Below are positions 59,206 to 64,000 of a stretch of 64,000 nucleotides of DNA, one piece after another (the first letter of the stretch is position 1; every line of letters starts with the position of its first letter). The position numbers were made by a program, and so were the translations under genes. This stretch comes from an uncultured Bifidobacteriaceae bacterium (GTDB taxonomy: Bacteria; Acidobacteriota; Vicinamibacteria; Vicinamibacterales; JAENWD01), in assembly GCA_964446605.1 (NCBI GenBank), contig CAYUPN010000013.1, positions 16 through 64,015 on the forward strand. Direction: 5' to 3'. A model generated the notes under the pieces. That model was given only the letters and a program-made list of their open reading frames with translations. It was not told the DNA's origin and did not search any database.

Positions 59206-59696
59206 CGACGGCCGGCCGCGTGGCGATCTGTCCCGGGTCCTTCGATCCGCTGACCCTGGGACACGTCGATCTGGTGCGCCGCGCGGCGGCGCTGTTCGAG
59301 CGGGTCGTGATCGGCGTGCTCGTCAACGAGCAGAAGCAGCCGCTGCTGGCGGACCACGATCGCGTGGCGCTGGCGCGCGCCGTCTTCGTCGGCGAGCCGC
59401 GGATCGAGGTGGAGACGTTCGGCGGGCTGCTCGTCGACTTCGCCCGGCAGCGCGGCGCGCGCGTGATCGTGCGCGGGCTGCGCAGTGCGGCCGATTTCGA
59501 CTACGAGAGCCCGATGGCGCTCATGAACCGGCGGTTGTACGAGGAGCTCGAGACCGTGTTCCTCGTGCCGTCGCCCGATGTGCACGCGATCAGTTCGCGG
59601 CTGGTGAAGGAGATCTGGCGCCTCGGCGGCGATATCGGCGGGCTGGTCCCGCCGCCGGTCGAAGCGCATCTGCGCGCGCTGCGCGCGAAGAAGTGA
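59202..59696 (+). CDS. coaD: phosphopantetheine adenylyltransferase
   Basis: 164 aa. Motifs CPGSFDPLTLGHVDL and ISSRLVKE. Confidence 0.93.
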   Translation: MTTAGRVAICPGSFDPLTLGHVDLVRRAAALFERVVIGVLVNEQKQPLLADHDRVALARAVFVGEPRIEVETFGGLLVDFARQRGARVIVRGLRSAADFDYESPMALMNRRLYEELETVFLVPSPDVHAISSRLVKEIWRLGGDIGGLVPPPVEAHLRALRAKK

Positions 59697-59704
59697 GGCA
59701 TCAC

Positions 59705-60919
59705 ATGCTGGCGGAACGGATGAGACGGGTGTCGGCCTCGCCGACCCTCAAGGTGCTGGTCGAAGCCGACAAGCTGCGCCAGCAGGGCATCGACGTCGTC
59801 GAGTTCGGGGCCGGAGAGCCCGATTTCCCGACGCCGGACCACGTGAAGGCGGCCGCGCACGCCGCCATCGACGCGAACTTCACGAAGTACACGCCGGCTG
59901 CGGGCACGGCGGACCTGAAGAAGGCGATCTGCGCCCGCTACGCGCAGGACTACGGGATCGACTACGGGCCGTCCGAGGTGATCGTCACCGCCGGCGGCAA
60001 GCAGGCGCTCTACAACGTCGCCGTCGCGATCTTCGGGGCGGGTGACGAGGTGATCACGCACGCGCCGTGCTGGCCGACGCTGCTCGAGCAGGTGAAGCTC
60101 GCCGACGCGACGCCGGTCGTCGTCAACACGCGCGCCGAGGACGGCTTCGCGATCACCGCGCAGGCGCTGCTCGATGCCATCACGCCGGCGACCAAGGCGA
60201 TCCTGATCAACTCGCCGTGCAACCCGACCGGCGCGCTGATGACCGAGGCGGAGCTGACGACACTGGTCGACGGCATCGGCGATCGGCCCATCTACGTCAT
60301 CCTCGACCTCTGCTACGAGCAGCTGATTTACGAGCCGGTCCCGCACAACCTGCCGAAGGTCCTGGCGGAGCGCATGCGGGACCGCGCGATCCTCTGCGGG
60401 TCGGCGTCGAAGTCGTATGCGATGACGGGGTGGCGCTGCGGCTGGGCCCTCGGCCCCGCGTCGGTCATCGGCGCCGCCAACGCGCTGCAGAGTCACTCGA
60501 CCTCGAACGTCTGCTCGATCTCGCAGAAGGCCACGGTGGCCGCGCTGCAGGGGCCGGACTCGACGGTCAAGACGATGCTCGAGGAGTACCGGCGCCGCCG
60601 CGATCAGCTGCACGCCTGGCTCACCGCCGACCCGCGGATCAAGTGCGTGAAGCCGGCCGGCGCGTTCTATCTCTTCATCGACATCTCGGCGCTGCTCTCG
60701 CCGGACGGGATCCGGACGTCGGCCGAGTTCGCGGAGCGGCTCCTGCGCGAGGCGCACGTCGCGCTCACGGCCGGAGAGGCGTTCGAGGCGCCGGGCTTCC
60801 TGCGCATCTCGTATGCGACGTCGATGGAGCAGCTGCGCGAAGGGGTCTCGCGGATCCAGCAGTTCATCGGCAAGCTCGAACAGGCCGGCCAGGTGCCGGC
60901 CGTGACGGCGCGATCCTGA
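59705..60919 (+). CDS. pyridoxal phosphate-dependent aminotransferase (aspartate aminotransferase-like, class I)
   Basis: 404 aa from ATG 59705. EPDFPTP, the PLP-Lys context SASKSYAMTGWRCG, and RISYA. Confidence 0.88.
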   Translation: MLAERMRRVSASPTLKVLVEADKLRQQGIDVVEFGAGEPDFPTPDHVKAAAHAAIDANFTKYTPAAGTADLKKAICARYAQDYGIDYGPSEVIVTAGGKQALYNVAVAIFGAGDEVITHAPCWPTLLEQVKLADATPVVVNTRAEDGFAITAQALLDAITPATKAILINSPCNPTGALMTEAELTTLVDGIGDRPIYVILDLCYEQLIYEPVPHNLPKVLAERMRDRAILCGSASKSYAMTGWRCGWALGPASVIGAANALQSHSTSNVCSISQKATVAALQGPDSTVKTMLEEYRRRRDQLHAWLTADPRIKCVKPAGAFYLFIDISALLSPDGIRTSAEFAERLLREAHVALTAGEAFEAPGFLRISYATSMEQLREGVSRIQQFIGKLEQAGQVPAVTARS

Positions 60920-60925
60920 TCGCCG

Positions 60926-60995
60926 GCCGCGGAGGCGGGCCGCACGCCGGCCTCCGCGGCGCCATCCCGTGCGGGCCGCCCGTGGGCGGCCGCAC
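60926..60995 (+). terminator. two GC-rich hairpins after the aminotransferase gene
   Basis: GCCGCGGAGGC (60926-60936) pairs with GCCTCCGCGGC (60950-60960). GTGCGGGCCGCC (60969-60980) pairs with GGCGGCCGCAC (60985-60995), with one bulge. No U-tract. Confidence 0.45.
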
Positions 60996-61006
60996 AGACC
61001 GCCCGC

Positions 61007-62389
61007 ATGATCTCCCCCGACGTCGTCCGCGGACTCGAAGGCATCACCGGCACCGCATGGGTCCGGCGTGACGACGCGTCCCGGCTGAAGTACGGCACCG
61101 ACGCGCTGCTGCGTGGATACCCGGCCGACATCGTCGTCATTCCCGGAGATGCCGGGGAAGTGGCGGCGGTGATGCGGCTCTGTGCGCGCCATCGCGTGCC
61201 AGTCGTCCCGCGCGGCGCCGGCACCGGATACACCGGTGGCGCCGTGCCGCTGTCCGGCGGCGTCGTGCTCAGCCTCGAGCGGTTCACCCGCATTCTGGAG
61301 ATCGATCCAGCCAACCTCCTGGCCGTTGTCGAGCCCGGGGTGATCACGGCCGATCTGCAGGCGGCCGTCGAGGCGCACGGGCTGTTCTACCCGCCGGACC
61401 CGCAGAGCCTGAAGGAGTCGTCGCTCGGCGGGAACGTCGCGGAGTGCGCCGGCGGCCCGCGCGGCTTCAAGTACGGCGTGACCCGCCGCTACGTGCTGGG
61501 GCTCGAGGCCGTCCTGCCGACCGGGGAAGTGATCCGGACCGGCTCGAAGGCCGTGAAGAACGTCGTCGGATACGACCTGACGCAGCTGCTGGTCGGTTCC
61601 GAGGGCACGCTCGCCGTGATCACGCAGATCGTGCTGCGCCTCGTGCCGAAGCCGCCGGAGGCGGCGACGCTGCGCGCCTGCTTCGCGGACGTGCCGACGG
61701 CTGCCGAGGCGGTGAGCGCGCTCATCCGGCGGCGTGTCGTTCCCGCGACGCTGGAGATCGTCGACCGCGATTCCCTCGAGGCGGTGGCCGCCCACACGGG
61801 GGAGCGCCTCGCGCCGGACGATACGGGCGCGCTGCTCCTGATCGAAGTGGACGGCAGCGCAGCGGCGGTCCTCGCGGAGGCGCGCGAGGTCGAGGCCGCC
61901 TGCCGCGAGGCGGGAGCGATCGAAGTGCTGTCGGCGCGGACGGCGGGCGAGCGTGAGGCGCTGTGGCGCGTGCGGCGCGAGCTGTCCTATGCGCTGCGGC
62001 CGATCGCGCCGCGCAAGATCAACAACGACGTCGTCGTCCCGCGCGGCCGGGTGCCGGAGCTGTTCGCGCTCGTCGAGCGGCTGCGATCGGCGTTCCGGCT
62101 GCGCATCCCGGCATTCGGCCATGCCGGCGACGGCAACATCCACGTCAACATCATGATGGACCCGGACGATCCGGACGAGCTGGCGCGATCGGAGCAGGCC
62201 GTGCGCGCACTGTTCGAGGGGGTTGTCGCGCTCGAAGGCTCCATCAGCGGCGAGCACGGCATCGGGTTCTCGAAGGCGCCGTATCTCGGGCTCGAGCTGT
62301 CGCCGGAAGCCATCGCACTGATGCGGCGCATCAAGGCCGCGTTCGACCCACAGGGGATCCTCAACCCCGGCAAGATCTTTCCGGAGTGA
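61007..62389 (+). CDS. glcD: FAD-binding oxidoreductase (glycolate oxidase subunit GlcD-like)
   Basis: 460 aa. FAD-binding PCMH region VVPRGAGTGYTGGAVP and C-terminal SGEHGIG...LNPGKIF. Confidence 0.82.
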   Translation: MISPDVVRGLEGITGTAWVRRDDASRLKYGTDALLRGYPADIVVIPGDAGEVAAVMRLCARHRVPVVPRGAGTGYTGGAVPLSGGVVLSLERFTRILEIDPANLLAVVEPGVITADLQAAVEAHGLFYPPDPQSLKESSLGGNVAECAGGPRGFKYGVTRRYVLGLEAVLPTGEVIRTGSKAVKNVVGYDLTQLLVGSEGTLAVITQIVLRLVPKPPEAATLRACFADVPTAAEAVSALIRRRVVPATLEIVDRDSLEAVAAHTGERLAPDDTGALLLIEVDGSAAAVLAEAREVEAACREAGAIEVLSARTAGEREALWRVRRELSYALRPIAPRKINNDVVVPRGRVPELFALVERLRSAFRLRIPAFGHAGDGNIHVNIMMDPDDPDELARSEQAVRALFEGVVALEGSISGEHGIGFSKAPYLGLELSPEAIALMRRIKAAFDPQGILNPGKIFPE

Positions 62390-62398
62390 CCGCGGCGA

Positions 62399-64000
62399 TC
62401 AGCGGTTGGTGACGAGCAGGACGCGCTCGAGATCGCGCGTCTGGTCGGGATCCAGCAGCGTCCGCAGCTTGACCGCCGACGCGTTGAAGTAGAGCACTTC
62501 GCCGAGCGTGCGGGTCTGCACGCCGTAGTCGGCCGAGACGCGCGCGAGCTCGTCGGCGCCGATGACGCACAGCACCGGGTCGGGGGAACGCAGGTACGCG
62601 GCGACTTCCTCTTCCGACGTCAGATCCCCCTGCTTCAGGCCGGTGTAGAAGATCAGGTTCCGGACGAACACCCGGAAGGTCGCAATCGGCTCGCCGCGCT
62701 GACGCTGAGTCTCGACGATGGCGGCCATGTCCTGCACCGGGTCGCGACCGGCGGGGGAGAGACCGTACTGGAGCCCTCCCAGCAGCAGCGCGCCGGCCAC
62801 CGCGATCGCCGGCGGGACGAATCGCGACTGCGGCGCGAGCGCGGCGCCGCCGGCCACCAGCGCGGCCGCCACGATCGCGACGATCGCCGCGGACACGAAC
62901 ATCTCCGGCACCATGACGATGAGCGGCCGGGCGTTGTGGAGCAGCGCCGCCAGCGTGAGCAGCAGCAGGGCAACGATGGCCGCGGCTCCCTGGAGCAGCG
63001 GATCGCGGCCGCCGCCGCGGGCCTCCAGCCGCGCCCGCAGCGCCATGGCCATCAGCAGGGCCAGCGGCGGCAGGATCGGCAGGATGTAGCGGGGCTGCTT
63101 GCCGATCGAGATCGTGAAGAACAGGAGCGGCCCGGCGGCCCACCAGATCAGCTGCCAGACGAGGGGCGACAGCCGGCGCGCCCCCGTCATGACGCGGCGG
63201 AGCGGCGGGATCACGGCTGCCGCCAGCGGGCTCCAGGGGAGCATGCCGCCCAGGACGATGGGCAGGTAGAACCAGATCGGACGCGGATCGTTGAACCGAT
63301 CGGTCGCGAAGCGCTCGAGGTTGTCGCCGATGAAGAAGCTGTCGAGGTACGCGCGCCCATGCACGACGGCCATCGCGACGTACCAGGGCACCCCGACGAG
63401 CAGGGCGATGCCGGCCGCGGCGGCGATCCCGCGCAGGTGCCCGCGCAGGCGGCCCCTGGCCTGCCACCAGGCCGGCGCGACGACCAGTGCGGGAATGATG
63501 ATCCCCAGCGGGCCTTTCGTCAGGAATCCGCTGCCGGCCGCGAACCCGGCGAGCAGCCACCAGCGCAGCGCGCCCCGGGGTTCCCCGGCGATGGCGACCA
63601 GTGTCGCGTAGATGGTCAGGGTGATGAAGAACGCCAGCGGCAGGTCGGGCAGCGACAGCCGGCCGATCGAGAAGTAGCCGAAGCTGGTCGCGACGATGGC
63701 GCCGGCGAGGAGCGCGGTCGGCTCGTCACGCCAGCGGCGTGCCGCGGCCGCGGTGACGAGCGCGAGCCCGACGCCGGCGAGGGCGGACCAGAGCCGCGCC
63801 TGCCATTCGCCGACCCCCGCGATGGCATACGTCGCGGCGACGAACCAGTAGAACAGAATCGGCTTCTGGAAGCGCGTCTCGTAGTTGTAGTAGGGCGTCA
63901 GCCAGTCGCCGCGCTCCATCATCTCGCGCGCAGCCTCGGCATAGAACGCCTCGTCCGAGTCGCCGATGGCCGGCCTGCCCAGGCCGGCGAGAAAGGTCAC
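62399..64000 (-). CDS. glycosyltransferase family 39 (ArnT/PMT-like), 5' end beyond the window
   Basis: Polytopic membrane protein. N-terminal DEAFYAEAAREMMERGDWLTPYYNYETRFQKPILFYW is the GT39 first-loop motif. The C-terminal soluble domain is about 100 aa. The ORF runs off the window end. Confidence 0.8.
   Translation of the reverse strand: MTFLAGLGRPAIGDSDEAFYAEAAREMMERGDWLTPYYNYETRFQKPILFYWFVAATYAIAGVGEWQARLWSALAGVGLALVTAAAARRWRDEPTALLAGAIVATSFGYFSIGRLSLPDLPLAFFITLTIYATLVAIAGEPRGALRWWLLAGFAAGSGFLTKGPLGIIIPALVVAPAWWQARGRLRGHLRGIAAAAGIALLVGVPWYVAMAVVHGRAYLDSFFIGDNLERFATDRFNDPRPIWFYLPIVLGGMLPWSPLAAAVIPPLRRVMTGARRLSPLVWQLIWWAAGPLLFFTISIGKQPRYILPILPPLALLMAMALRARLEARGGGRDPLLQGAAAIVALLLLTLAALLHNARPLIVMVPEMFVSAAIVAIVAAALVAGGAALAPQSRFVPPAIAVAGALLLGGLQYGLSPAGRDPVQDMAAIVETQRQRGEPIATFRVFVRNLIFYTGLKQGDLTSEEEVAAYLRSPDPVLCVIGADELARVSADYGVQTRTLGEVLYFNASAVKLRTLLDPDQTRDLERVLLVTNR

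Noticed and set aside
59501-62257. 918-aa minus-strand ORF antisense to coaD, the aminotransferase gene and glcD
   Set aside because: The opposite strand encodes three proteins with clear family motifs. This frame has no motifs and an arginine-rich composition.

Overview
Very GC-rich bacterial chromosomal segment; third codon positions are almost always G/C, so long spurious ORFs occur in all six frames. I had no search tools, so all calls rest on reading the translations for family motifs and reading the DNA for signals. The gene content looks like core genome of a diderm, non-sporulating lineage: BamD, ECF sigmas, a sigma54 activator, GT39, a stand-alone PASTA protein and an S55 peptidase. 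Acidobacteriota or Gemmatimonadota are possible, but I cannot verify the taxon. I found no transposases, integrases, CRISPR arrays or recognisable defence genes.

Main blocks:
- Two tRNAs, Val-CAC and Gly-CCC.
- Nucleotide salvage genes: upp, hpt, deoC and an mtaD-like gene.
- A mannose-activation pair.
- A long minus-strand operon: aroC-def-fmt-rsmB-PASTA-rpe-thioesterase-epimerase-bamD.
- A sigma54 activator with a very large N-terminal region.
- Two ECF sigma modules.
- An S55 (SpoIVB-like) peptidase plus beta-propeller pair.
- An 11-gene aromatic amino-acid supraoperon: aroDE-trpEGDCFBA-chorismate mutase-DAHP synthase-tyrA.
- A CoA-transferase/thiolase operon.
- pepA; amidase-ftsK-rnj; ksgA-metallopeptidase-nth-DUF3467-lexA; recG-rsmD-coaD-aspC; glcD; and a truncated GT39 glycosyltransferase.

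Most interesting observations:
1. An apparently complete leader-peptide attenuator sits directly upstream of the aromatic supraoperon. It has a promoter, a 45-codon ORF containing Y-R-S-W-W-W-F, an antiterminator, and a terminator with a U-tract.
2. A perfectly phased 10-bp tandem repeat immediately follows the supraoperon and places 10 GATC sites one helical turn apart.
3. A response regulator has its receiver N-terminus upstream of any canonical start codon, and it carries an uncharacterised C-terminal CxxC...CxxC module.
4. TANNNT -10 hexamers recur 4-11 nt upstream of the start codons of first-in-operon genes, which suggests widespread leaderless mRNAs.
5. A kinase-less PASTA protein sits in the syntenic slot of PrkC/PknB.
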